Part shown: positions 1-13,819 of the stretch, in pieces
Layout of the letters: each line of letters opens with the position of its first letter
Position numbering within the stretch: the first letter of the stretch is position 1
Assembly: GCF_018350175.1 (NCBI RefSeq)
Contig: NC_058368.1
Location: 124,126,001 to 124,190,000 of the forward strand
Direction of reading: 5' to 3'
Origin: Felis catus
Lineage: Eukaryota
DNA: 64,000 bases
Translations under genes and position numbers: made by a program
The notes under the pieces: generated by a model
What the model was told of the DNA's origin: nothing
Database searches by the model: none
The model's input: the letters and a program-made list of their open reading frames with translations, nothing else

Positions 1-188
1 GGCACTTGGCTACAACATATGGTACTTTCCAGAAAACAGTACTAACCTCACAAAGACATTGAACACCACTAACGAGAAGCTTGAACTGTATCTGGGAGGC
101 AAGACCTATTGGGTTTGTGTGGTTTCTTATAATTCTCTTGGGGAATCTCCGGTGGCCACCCTGAGGATTCCAGCTATTGATGAAAAGT
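1..188 (+). CDS. IL31RA: IL31RA exon (human exon 8 equivalent, 5'-truncated by the window), FN3
   Basis: Frame from nt 2: ALGYNIWYFPENSTNLTKTLNTTNEKLELYLGGKTYWVCVVSYNSLGESPVATLRIPAIDEK; donor T|GTAAGT at 188/189. Confidence 0.95.
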
Positions 189-2689
189 GTAAGTACAGTG
201 TAAACTTCTACTTAGATGTCTGGCCCCATCTAGTTGTCCAGGAAGTAATCCCTCTGCTCTCAAGGGTTGTGTTTCTCTCAAGTCAAAATGAAAATGAAGT
301 GGGAAGTTTTTAGGTTATGGTGAGGATAGCAAACTCTTGTGGTAATTAATGAGCCTGGAACAAAGCCTGTGTTGAAAATCAGAGACTTGATAAAGTCATA
401 TGAGACAAAGTCACACACCTAGAAGTTCTGTATTTGGGATTTTCTCCTCACAGTGTTGACTATGTCTCAGCCTTCATTTGCTCATTCTTCTGTGTTCTTC
501 CTTTTCCTCTTTTTTTATGTTTATTTATTTTTCGCAGAGAGCAAGAGAGAGAGTGTGTGTGCACTGGGGGGTGTGGAGGGTGAAGGGGCAGAGAGAGAGA
601 GGGAGAGAGAGAATCCCAAGCAAGTTCCATGCTGTCAGCACGGAGCCCAATGTTAAGAACTTGTGAGATCATGACCTGAGCTGAAATCAACGGTTGAACA
701 GTTAACTGACTGAGCCATCCAGGAGCCACTCATTACACTTTTGATTAAGTAGTTTTGCTCCTAGGCAAACTCATATTTTATATTCCATTTTGGAATAAAA
801 TATCTTCTTTGATTCTTATGCAAGGAATTGCAGGCAAGGGGTTTCCTCTCCCCTACTTTATTTTTCTCTATAAATATGTTTCTCAGTCTATAGATTTTCT
901 CATTTATTTTGTTGCCTATCTTTCCCTCAATTGGATACAAGTTCCATGAGTGCAGAGAATTTTGTTTTCTTTTCCTACTTTTCCTCTTCCTCACACCACT
1001 TCCCTCATCTGCAACAGCTAGAACAGGCATAGAGTATTTTGCATACAAAAGGTGCTCAGTAACTATTTGTTGAAACACATCATAGTCAGATAATGCACTT
1101 TTCCACTTTTCCACTTCTCTTTACTTAGGCCTAGACTGGCTCCGGCATTGTACTACTGGCTCTAGAATTGTTTGCCTATATTCCTTTCTTTCTCTTCTCC
1201 TTAAACTTAACCCATTTCTTGCCTTGCTTCATGTTAGAACTCCTATATACAGTTGACCCTTGAACAACATGAGTTTGAGCTGGGTGGGTCCACTTACGTG
1301 TAAATTTTTTACAGTACACTGCTATAAATGTATTTTCCCTTATCACTCTCTAAATAACATTTTCTTTTCTCTAGCATGCTTTACTGTAAAAATACAATAT
1401 GTAATACATGTAACATACAGAATATGTGTTAATCAACTATGTTATCAGTAAGGCTTCCAGTCAACAGTAGACTATTAGTAGTTAAGTTTTGAGAGAGTCA
1501 AAAGTTATACATAGATTTTCAACTTCTCAGGGGGTTGGTGCCCCTGATCCCCCATGTTGTTCAAGGGTCAGTTGTACACATGACATTTGAGCTACACTTG
1601 ACATTATTTTAGTATTTAATATCATTCCCCACCATTCTTAGTTCCTGGAATCCTAGTTTCCAAGATACTATCTATCTACTACCTATCTAATACCCCTAGT
1701 GATGAGGTTTCTGACAAATGCATCTGTCATTGAATAAACATTCTTTGTTAATAGAGGCACTGCTGCATAGTAATCCCAATTTCTTGGTGTTGCCCTGGAG
1801 TGGAAGGCAGTAAAGAATAGGGGATACAAACCTAGGCTTGGGAGTCCAACAGCCCTTTAGTTATATCTTTACTTTTTCACTACAATATCTAGGCACTGCA
1901 AACCTTGGGCAAGTTATCTAAACTCTAAACCTTAGCTGCTTGTAAAATGGAGTTATTTTATTGTAACACCTACTTCATAGAGCTGTTGTGATGATGAAAT
2001 GAGATTGTATATTTAAAATGCTTTGCCTAGGGGTGCCTGGGTGGCTCAGTCAGTTAAGTGTCTGACTTTGGCTCAGGTCATGATCTCACAGTTCGTGAGT
2101 TTGAGCCCCACGTTGGGCTCTGTGCTGACAGCTCAGAGCCTGGAGCCTGCTTCAGATTCTGTGTCTCCCTCTATCTCTGCCCTTCCCCCCCCTCACTCTG
2201 TCTGTGTGTCTGTCTGTGTCTCAAAGATAAATAAACATTATACCTTCCAGTTCCATCTACACTGCTGCAAATTCAGTCAGAGAAGGACAGATACATGTTT
2301 TCACTCATATGTGGATCTTGAGAAACTGAACAGAAGACTATGGGGGAAAGGAAGGGGAAAAAAAATAGGTACAAACAGAGAAGGAGGAAGGCAAACCACA
2401 AGAGACTATTAAATACAGAGAACAAACTAAGAGTGGATGGGGTGTGGAGAAGAGAGAAAATGGGTGATGGGCATTGAGGAGGGCACTTGTTGGGATGAGC
2501 ACTGGGTGTTGTATGTAAGCCAATTTGACAATAAATTATATTCATAAAAAAGATAAATATTTAAAATAAAATAAAATGCTTTGCCTAGGGGCACCTGGGT
2601 GACTCAGTCAGTTAAGCATGCAACTCTTGGTTTTGGCTCAGGTCATGATCTCACGGTTCAAGCTGACAGCGAGGAACCTTCTTGGGATA

Positions 2690-2724
<35 letters not shown>

Positions 2725-5700
2725 CTCTGCCTGTTCTCTGCTCTCTCTCCCTAAAAAATAAATAAACATTTATTTTTATTTTTTTAAATATTTTTTAATG
2801 TTTATTCACTTTTTGAGAGACAGAGTGCGAGCAGGGCAAGAGCAGAGAGAGAGGGAGACCCAGAACCCAAAGCAGGCTCCAGGCTCTGAGCTGTCAGCAC
2901 AGAGCCCGACGCGGGGCTCGAACTCAAGAGCCGTGAGATCGTGACCCGAGCCGAAGTTGGACGCATAACCGACTGAGCCACCCAGGTGCCCCAAAATAAA
3001 CATTTTAAAATAAATAAATAAAATGCTTTATTTAATGCTAATTACTACTATTGTCATTGTTAATACAATTTCTCATTAAATTTTTATTAGACATGGATTA
3101 TCAACTTCACAAATACTATGAAATATATTTTAGCTAAATTCCCATAGGGTTTGTTGTTTATTTTTCCCAATTCTGAAGGTACTTGATTTGTGTCAGCAGC
3201 ATTGGTGTGATCGTTAGTTATAATGATCCTAGACCAGATGTAGGCAAGCTACAGCTTGTGGACCAAACTTGACCTGGCACCTGTTTTTGTAAATAAAGTT
3301 TTATGGGAGCACAGCCACACCTATTTGTTTACATTTCCTTGTATCACCTTTTGTGAAACAGTGATACGGGGCGCCTGGGTGGCTCAGTCGGTTAAGCGTC
3401 CGACTTCAGCTCAGGTCATGATCTCGTGGTTGGTGAGTTCAAGCCCCACATCGGGCTCTGTGCTGACAGCTCAGAACCTGGAGCCTGTTTCGGATTCTGT
3501 GTTTCCCTCTCTCTCTGACCCTCCTCCGTTCATGCTCTGTCTCTCTCGGTCTCAAAAAATAAATAAATGTTAAAAAAAAATAAAAAAAAAAAAAAGAAAC
3601 AGTGATAGAGTGGAATAGTTGTGACAAAGACCATGTGTACTATAAAACCTAAAATATTTACTATTGGGCTTCTTACAGAGAAAGTATAAAGACCCCTGTT
3701 TTAGACATATAAGAAAGTAATGCTTTACAGAATTTTATTTAATAAAATGGAGTCAAGTAGAGAATAGTTTTAATTGTAATAACTATAACAATCTTTAAGT
3801 ATAATTATCATATACTGTTAGTATATGTTAGGCATTGTGATAAGATGACATAGGTCAGTTTAATGTTAGCCTTGAAATGACCCGTGAGGTAGATGCTGTG
3901 GAATCATTTCATAGACGATGAAGCTGAGATTCGGGAGAGCTTAGGAATCTGCCCATGGTTTCTCAGGTGGAATTCAAACACAGGTCTCCACGATCCAAAT
4001 TTATATAATATGCTTTATTCAGAACCTTGGATTTGATGCTGTTTGACACTGAACTGGTTATTTACCTCTGTGGGACTCCATTTTACCATGTTTAAAATAA
4101 GGGTTTGGAATAAATACACCTTCAGGTTCCATCTGGTCTGATCATCCTCTGGGTTTTAAAACACCTTAGCCAGCAGGTGGCTCTGGAGTGATCTGAGGCA
4201 GGGCCCAGAAGAGCACAGCCATTTTGTGGTGGGGAGTCAGAAGGAGGTTGAACTCTTGGGGAAGAGCTGAGGATAGGCTAGGACAGCTGGCTAAGGTGAG
4301 GCACCATAGCACCTGAGGACTATATGTGATGGCCCACAGTGACTGCTTTCATGCAAACGACAAGAACTTAAAGGTATTAGTGGTCAAAGCCCCTTCCCCC
4401 TCTCCCCAGAAGAATATGGATTTTCTCCTGCTCCTGGGGGTATGGTGTATTTGGAGAAAGTGCTCAAAAGTTCTTGGTGAATAATGGAAGGATTCAGCAA
4501 TTAATATACATACAGCAGAGTGATGATTAGGAAACTTCTCTTTCAGCACCCTTTGACACTACCCAGGCCCTTTGAAGGTTGACTTATGGCTTAATTGAAC
4601 CTTTTCCACACTCTTGTGGCCCAGAGCCTGGGCTGTTCTCTTCTTCCCTGCAGCATATTTGGCTCTTTCGACCTGACTCCTGTTCCTCTGATAGCCAGTG
4701 TTGGTAAAGAAAGGTGTGGGCTTAGGAATCAACAGTCACTCCTGTCTTCAGGTTAAGATTTGTGTGCAAGTAATTACTGAGAAACTGCCTCCAGGGAGAC
4801 CATAAAAGGCAGTGAAGGAGGCAACGTCAGGGAAGGGAAGGCCAGGCCAAAGGTGCAGTGTGTTCTTCCCAGGGCTGCTATAGAAATGTACCAGACTGAG
4901 TGGCTTCAAACAACAGAAATTTATTATCCCATTGTTCTGGGGGCTAGAAATCTGAAACCAAGGTGTTGATGGGGCTATGCTTTTTCAGAACCATCTAGGG
5001 GAGTTCCTTCCTTCCTTCTTCCTGCTTTTGGTAAGCTCTAGGCATTCCTTGGCTTGTGACAGCATAACTTCACTCTCTGCCTGGTCTTCACAGGGCCAGC
5101 TTCCTCTGTCTCTTTGTCTGTGTGTCCAAATTCCACTTTTCTTATGAGGACACCAGTCATACTGGGTTAAGGACCTACCATCTTAGCTATTAACATCTGC
5201 AACAACCTGATTTCTTGATAAGGTTGCATTCTGCGGTACTTGCATTCTGCGGTTGCATTCTGAGGATATCTTTTTTGGGGGACACAGTTCAAGCCATAAC
5301 AGGTAAAATCTGTAATAAACATCTTGGGGAGGGCGGTTCCAGCATGACCTTGCAAGGGGACTCTGGAGTATGAGTTATATTACAAAGTTTTTCCAACCAA
5401 GAAAAATACACAGAAACAGTAAGAAGGAACTGAGAAGATCAGAGAGCATGAACATTATCTGCTACAAGAGGCTGGGGAGGGTTCCAGATGCTCTAGGAAT
5501 GTCTTTTGGCCTGACTTCAATGGTAACTGAGGATGCGTACAGGCTATGAGCGGGGGTGAAGGGGTAGGAGGTGGGAGTGACAGGAGCTCTAGGGGTCACG
5601 AGGGCTTAATGCTCAGGCCCCTGTCCTCACTCCAGCTTCACATTTTCTTCATGCCTCATCTGCCCTTCCTGACCCTTTCAGGGTGACAAATTACCTGGCC

Positions 5701-8700
5701 TTGCTTATGGGACTAGCAGCTGGAGTGTCTCATAAAGGCCCAGTTTGGGAAAAGGATTCATGAACTTTGGCCTTCAAGAACAGAGGTTCCTAAATATGAA
5801 CACAGCCTCATGGGGCTTGTTGCCTAGAAATAGCAGGATTCAATACCCCAGATGCCACATCATTCCTACATTTGGCCTAGGCTTCTAGCTTCAGAAGACT
5901 CTTTTATTTATTTATTTTTTTGAGGGACACTGCCTCCTTTTCTGCCTTTATCCAAGATTGTCTTTGGTATTCATTTAAGCATATTTTCTGTTCCAGTTTT
6001 GAAGCTTCAGGTGTGTTGTGGGTTGTAAGAAGTGGAGGAGAGGGGAGAGCCACATCCTGTGATCTTCTGAGCCCCACCACTTCTCTGCCATACTGCACCT
6101 CTAGTAGTTCTCCTCTCTTTGCTTATTTAGAAAATTTTCAATAAGATAGCTCTCTGATTCTAATGAAATCCTAGCTATTGTATTTGAAGTCACATGTTCA
6201 ACTTTTCTATTAAAGGAATCCTCCTTGCCCTTATCCAGACATGAGTTTTTTGTTGGGCTTGCAGAAAATGTTGTCATTGGCATATCGGTCCGTACCTAGG
6301 GGCTTTGAATGAGTGTGTCTGCATCTTTCTGGTACAGATACAATTCTTACTGCCCTATGGAGAGGAATCCATAGGCAGGTTGTGTGGGGCTAGCCTAGAC
6401 AGTTGAAATTTGAAGCCACCTCCCTGGTATGATATTAGGGTCCCCAGCTCCCAGCCATAGAATTCCTGGTGCCTGAAATTCTGTCTTTAGAGATTCATTC
6501 TTTGTCTCAGGCTTGCTTTCCTTTTATTTGCAGAGGCACCTGTGGAAGGTGAGTCTTTTGAGTCAGCAACTCTCTAGTGAGATCCTTTCTTGGAAACAGG
6601 TAAATTTTGTCAGAGATAAGGAAAAATTAAGAAGGTACTTACATCAAAGTTGGGGGTAAAGAAAAGAGATACAATAAAAAGGGTGGAAACAGCACCATTA
6701 AGGGAGGCTGCAGTGGAGATCCTGAACTTTGATCTTCTTTACAATTTGGGCAGTGAATGGATGCCAGTGTGGTTGGTGCATTTGGAGAATGAGTTGGGCA
6801 GCTTTCTTTCTTCTTTTTCTCCTCTCTTAGCATTTCAGTGCATTGAGGCCATGGAGGCCTGCCTCACTCAGGACCAGCTGGTGGTGGAGTGGCGAAGCTC
6901 TGCTCCAGAGGTAGACACGTGGATGGTTGAGTGGTTTCCAGATTTGGACTCAGAGCCCTCCACTTTTTCCTGGGAATCTGTGTCTCAGGCTACAAACTGG
7001 ACAATTAAGCAAGGTAGCAATTATGAACCGTATAAGTTCCCTCTTTGTGGGATTCAGTTTCATTTCCATCAGTTTTAAAATCTTTAACTTTGACGTCAAA
7101 GCTGTAGGTGTGGTTAATAGCATTTGACAAAGCTAGTGCAAGCTTAGTGAAGTGACATTCTTGCCATTTCCCAATGAGGCTGTGTTGGGAAGTCATGGGC
7201 ATCACACCAGGTATCTGGCCTGTTTCCAGGTGGAAAACACCATGTTAACACCACCATCAGAGAGCCCTTCCTGATGTCTCGATCATGGGGATAACATTAG
7301 AGTGTATATCCCATCGCAACAAACACTGATCACAGATAAGTGAGGCTTTACCCTCCTAATCCTGTCAGTCCAGCCATTTATTGATACTTAATAGCACTCA
7401 TATAAGGATTTATACTCATGCAGGGATGCAGGAAGACAGAGGAGCTAGAATTAATGGTATCTGAGTTCACCAGGTGATGTGCTGTTAACAGAAGGATTCA
7501 GTTTTTTTCTGCATTGCTACCAAATCAGGTATCAAAATCCTCGATGGAGGGACGGATTTCTTTTCCCTTCCTGGATGTCTCTGTCATTTTATCACACTGG
7601 TGCAGACTTGGTTCTTAGAATTAATTTTAAAAGTTCTATTTTAGAACTAGCATAGACATTAGAGACCATCCAACCTAACCTCCTTATTTTCCAGATGTGG
7701 AAACTGTGCAGAAATAGAGCATCTTTAGTAAGTTGTAGTGGTAAGTTGGTTTAGTGGTTCTTCTCCTTTGCCATGCCCTGAAGTAAGGCTTGTTTTCTGT
7801 CTTTCTTTCTTATTTACAGATGAATTAAAACCTTTCTGGTGCTATAACATCTCTGTGTATCCAGTGTTGCAAGATCGAGTGGGCAAGCCATTTTCCATCC
7901 AGGCTTATGTCAGAGAAGGCAGTATGTATGAAAAGGCCCTGTGGGGCAAGGAAACACTGAGTGGGGGGTGCTATCCAACATCCAGACAAGGCTGTGGATG
8001 TCTGTAGCTCATTCACAGTTACCTTAGTGTTTAGCTGTGCTGCACCTTCATTCAGCTTCTGGTAAGCTATATATGCTTGACACAATGTGGTCAAGTTGTA
8101 GATCCACTGAATTTCAAAGCTGGACTAGAAGTTAGAGATCATCAAGTCCAGGCCCCTCATTTAATAAATGGAAAATCAAGGCCCAGAGAGTTGAAATAAT
8201 TTGTGCAAATTCACAAAGAAACTTTGTGCAAATAGCCCTGTAGGCAGAATAACATTTAGCTAAGACCGGGTTAGGGACTTTGCAGAGTTAATCATAAGTT
8301 GGAGATGCTAAAAAATTACTTTTAATTGTGTAATTGTAATCAAGGGTTTTACTGGTGAACTTCTCCGACTTTATCTTTTGGAAGTTAACCTCCTCCACGT
8401 TAGAAAACACATCCTGTCACTCAAAGGTAGCCCATGGGGGCATATCCTTCACCTATATTTGATGATAGCTATTACAGATATGAGTAGAAACTGAATGCAA
8501 AATGAGAGTGAGAGCCATAAGAAAGTACTTGTTTTGCAGGCCTCTGACCCTGCTTTTCTTCTGTTCGAGATGGATAATTCCAGAAAACAGTGTTCCCAAA
8601 CAAGATGATTCATCATTTACCTACTTTGCTCCTACCTCCCACCTCCAGCACTGATTTCGCTTTCAGTACTAGCCAGAGCCTTTGTGGGGAAAGGATCTAC

Positions 8701-10181
8701 TCCACTGTGATTCAGTGTTTATTGTTTTTATCCCTGTCCTGTAAAGTTCCGTCAGCAGGTCCTGTGACCCAAGTGGACAACATTGGTGTGAAGACAGTCA
8801 CCATCACATGGAAAGAGATTCCCAAGAGTCAAAGAAATGGTTTCATCACCAACTACACCATATTTTACCAAGCTGAAGATGGAAAAGAATTCTGTAAGTG
8901 TGCTTATAGCCAAGTTGGAAACTCCCTAAAACCCAAACATGCTATGGATAGACCTGCCTTAGGGGTTGGTGCCCTATAATCTTGCATGAGTCACTTAGCT
9001 TCTTTGAGAGTCTCTGATAATGAGGCCAAGAGTACCTATCTCTTGAGTGTTTTGGAGTCAAATGAGAATGAAGTTACAGTCTTGTAGGAACCACAGGAGT
9101 TGATATAATATGTCCTCGTTAGGCTGTGAACAAGCGGGCCTCCTGGGAGCTTCACCATCATTAGTCTGGAATGGACTTGTGTGCTTGGATCAAAGAGTAG
9201 AGTAGTGACACTTAGCTCGGTGCAGGACCCTTTATCCTGACTCCTACTGCCCACTGCCAAGTCATACTTTTTTCCTTGAATCCAGACTATCTCCTGATTT
9301 CCTAGGGATGGGCATGGATTCCTAAAATTAGGCAAATTTTTTTATTATGGCAAAATACATACAACATAAAACTCACCACTTAAAACATTTGAAAATGCAC
9401 AGTTTAGTGGCGTTGAGTATGCTGATAATGATGTGTGACCATCATCTCTACCTGTTTCCATGCCAAAAAGAAACCTGGTAGCCATTAATCAGTGTCTTGG
9501 CATTGTCTTCTTTCCACAGTCTCTGGAAACCACAAAATTGTTTTCTGTTTTTTTTATTTACCTATTCGGGCTATTTCATACAAATAGGATCATAGAGTAT
9601 GAGGCTTCTTTTCCCTGGCTTCTTTTACTTAGCATATTGTTTTCAAAGTTTATCCATCCTGTAGCTTGTATTAGTATCTCATTCCTTTTTATAGCTAAAG
9701 AATATTCTATTATGTGGATATCCCACATTTTATTTATCCATTCATCAGTTGATGGGCATTTGGGTTGTTTCCACCTTTTGGCCACTGTAATTAATGCTAC
9801 TATGAATATCTGTGTGCAAATACTTGTTTGAGTTCTCTGCTTTTAATTCTTTGGGGCATATACCTAGGAGTGGAATTTCTGGGTCATATGGTAATTTGGG
9901 CTTAACATTTTGAGAAACCACTGAACTGTTTTCCATAGAGACTGCCCCATTTTACGTGCCCACCAGCAAAGTCTGATAATTCCAATTTTTCCACATTCTT
10001 ACCAACACTTATTTTATGTTAAAAAAGATTATTATGGCTATCCTTGTGGGCATGAAATGGTTTCTCAGTGTGATTTTGATTTGCATTTCCCTAATACCTA
10101 ATGATGCTGAGCATCTTTGCATGTGCTAATTGGTCATCTGAGGATCTTCTTTGAGAAAGTCTTCAATTTTTTTTGACCATT

Positions 10182-10228
<47 letters not shown>

Positions 10229-13200
10229 TTTTTTAACCTTTATTTATTTTTGAGACAGGGAGAGACAGAGCATGAACAGGGGAGGGTCAGAGAGAGGGAG
10301 ACACAGAATCTGAAACAGGCTTCAGGCTCTGAGCTGTCAGCACAGAGCCCGACGTGAAGCTCGAACACACAGACTGCGAGATCACAACCTGAGCTGAAGT
10401 CGGACACTTAACCGACTGAGCCACCCAGGCGCCCCAGACCATTTTTAAATTGGGTTGTTTGCCTTTCAGTTGTTGAGTCCTAAGAGTTTTTAAATACATA
10501 TTCTCAATAGAAGTTCCTTATAAAATCTGTGATTTGCATATATTCCCATTCTGTGGGTTGTCTTTTCACTCTCTTGATAATGTCTTTTGATGCACAAAAG
10601 CTTTTATTTTGGTGAAGTCCAGATTCATCTATTTTCTTTTGTTGTTTATGTGTTTGGTATCATATCTAAGAAACCAAGGGCAAATTCAAGGCCACCATTT
10701 ACCCTGTGTTTGTCTTCTAAGAGTTTTATAATATTAGCTCTTATGTTTAGGTCCTTGATCTATCTTTATAGGCTAATTTTAAGCACAACATGGATAGAGG
10801 GATTGGGGTATGAGATGGGCTGGCTTAGAGGTACAGGTTCCAGTGCTCTTATTTCACTGCTTGGCCTTGGATCTGGCATTTTTTTTTACTTGGCCTTGGC
10901 TCTGGCATTTGACTTCCATCTTTTTCCTTTAGCCAAGACAGTTAACTCCAACATCCTGCAGTACGATCTGGAGTCCCTAACACGAAAGACCTCTTATAGT
11001 CTTCAAGTCATGGCCAGCACCAGTGCTGGGGGGATCAACGGCACCACGATGAACTTCAAGACATTGTCAATTAGTGAGTATTTCCTTCAAGCCTTGGATA
11101 ATTCCCCTTGGCATTTCCCTTAGGCCAGTTAGTGATGATGTTTTCCAAAGGCAGGGGGAAGCCAAATGAAAGGGTGGTACATAGAAGAACCATCTACCCT
11201 GTGGCTCACTGGCCTTCCTGGAAGGTGTATGTGTGAGGAGAGAATAGGGAGAGCAGGCACATTGAGAGCTGAATTGAAAAAGAGTGGTTATGTTGCTCCT
11301 TCCTAATGGATAGCCCCCTATTATCTTGAGGTGAAGAGATCAAGTTAATGCCAACTTTACTCTCAGTCCAAACAAGCTCCTGCTTCAAGGCTGTCCCCAA
11401 GTTCATAGTCACCAGTTTCTCTGTGTCACAGGTTACTGCACAATGGGGCCTTAGAGGGAAAACCTTGGTTGAACAAGCACCACTGGCCCACAGGAAGTAA
11501 CTTAACCTCTATCCTTTGTGAAGATTTTTGAGTAAAAACATACATGACATGTTCTGCTTATTAGTTTTTAGATTAGAAAAATAGCAAGAAAAATGTAATA
11601 AATAACAAAATATAAAATGCTATATAGTGTTGTATGATGGTTATAGGAAATATTCAAGAGGAAAAGAAGATGAAATGAGAAGAGAGATCAAGAAGAAAGG
11701 GGAATGGGAGAAACAGAAATATTTTAATTTTCTCAAGTCTTTGAGGGAAAGAGATTTGATTTGATATATTCGAATTGTTTTAAGAATTATTTACATTAAA
11801 AGTGAAAGGACATTGCCAGTTTTTACAGTAAAAGTGAAAAATAGTCTGGTTTAAGTACTCTTGAAAACCTCTTGCTCATTACATTGTTAAAAGAATAAAA
11901 ATATATTTATGCCTCTGGAAAATACGAATATGGGATTGTGTTTTTTACACAACACATTCTATTTTTATGGACTAACACTGCCTTTTTGGAGGTTTTTGAT
12001 ATTGTTCTTTAGAGTCTTTTAAAAATGCTGTTTTATTTTCACAACACTGGGCACAAATTGCATTATCTGCTAGAATTTTCTCCATGGGTCAAATTTAAGG
12101 CAAGAGCCTGCCTTGGAGTGTCGATGTTTCTTACACTTGTCTACACATTACAAATCTCCTTCCTTCTGTCTCTGTTCCTGTACAGTCTACTCTCCACACA
12201 CCAGCCAGAGTTTAAAACCCTAGACTCCTGCTTGAAACCCACCTGTGGCTTCTGTTGTATTTTAAGTAAAATTCAAACTCCTACCCATAGCTTTCAGGAT
12301 CCTTCACAATCTGTTGTTTACTGACCTCATCTCCTACAACTTTCTGCTTCTGTCTGTGTTAACTTCTTTCTGCTTTGTGGCTTTTGCATCTACTGTTCCT
12401 TTTGCCAGAAATGCTTTCTTCCATATTGTTGCATGGCCAGTTCCTTCTCATTATTAACATTAGCTCAAATTTCACCTCTCAGAGAAGTCTTCCTTTGCCA
12501 CCCTATCCAAAGTTACTAACTTTTCTTCAACCTTACCTTGGATACAATCTAATATCCTATTATATCTGAAATAATCTTTTTTTATTGTCTGAATCCTCCT
12601 ACCAGAATGTAGGCTCCATGAGAGTAGAGATCTTGTATTTCTTGCTTATTGCTGTTTATTTTATTACCCAGAACAGTGTTTGGCAAATGGTAAGTGCTCA
12701 TAAATATGTACTGAATTAAAAAGGTTGGAGACTGAACCTTGTGAACATAATATCTGTCACTATTATTCAGGCAGAAGAGAACTGGATGAGGAGCCATAAA
12801 TACCAGGGGTTTTTTTAATGAATAAATTCAAATTCAATTGAATTGAAAGAAAACTCATAAGTAATGTGTTGCTTAAGCTACTAGAATAAAAAGTTAATCT
12901 TTGGTATTTGTTAAGAAAGTGAGGACTTTAACTGACATTTGTTCTCCTATTCCCAAAGGTATCCTTGAGATTTTCCTTATAATTTCTCTGGTTGGAGGTG
13001 GCCTTCTTATTCTCATCATCTTGTCAGTGGCATATGGTCTCAAAAAGCCCAAGTGAGTTTATAGGCAACAGCATGGGCGTTATAGGCAACAGCAAGGGGT
13101 GGAAGGCATCATGGGTGGAAGAGCGTTCTCTGTCATTAAGGGGGTGTTATTTCATTTATTAGTTTGGAATATATTAATGGAGTTTATTATATGTTACACC

Positions 13201-13788
13201 CTATAGCTCATCAGAATTCTGACCAAACAAGAGGACTCTCACCCCCACAGCCCCATACACCAGGCTTAGGCCAAGGGATTGCCAGCTGCCCCACAGGCTT
13301 TATCTTCTGTATTTGGCATCTGAGACTAAAATTAGGGAGAAGGTCCTTTCTCTCAGCATCTGGCAGCAGCAAGAGGGCTGAAGGCCACTAGCTTCTCTCC
13401 CGAGCAGACCAGGGAGCGTACCCATAGAATTAGATTACTAGCCAGTAGTGTGCCCAGCACAGACTTGTTCCTTGCTCATGGTGCAGTGTTGGAGGGCTGC
13501 CTACAGGGGCATTTGTCCTACCTGTCCTGGCCACTATGGGAAAGGAAACTCATCCTCAGGGTCATAGGCTTTCTCTCCACAGACAGCCTCATACTGTCAG
13601 GCTGGCCAAAAGCTCCCTCCCTCGTAGACCTCTGTCTCCAGAATTGTGCAATTTGGGGCCTTCTCTGCCAAGCAGCTATGCTTAGTTATGGTTAAGTGAA
13701 TGTCAACCTCATTTTCCAACCATAGGTAGAAACCAGGTCAGCAGCCAAATTCTTGTACGTGTTGCATGTATAACAAGCTCCCAGGTAA

Positions 13789-13819
<31 letters not shown>

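Noticed and set aside
2023..2412. Recurrent ORFs with GAWVAQSVK...AQVMIS peptides (here and at many other sites)
   Set aside because: They are translations of Can-SINE sequence, not a protein family.
5224..5265. Triplicated TTGCATTCTGCGG
   Set aside because: Local slippage inside an MLT1 LTR; too short to be an array.
10587..11123. 178-aa ORF
   Set aside because: It is antisense L1 and intron sequence running in frame into a real IL31RA exon, not a separate gene.
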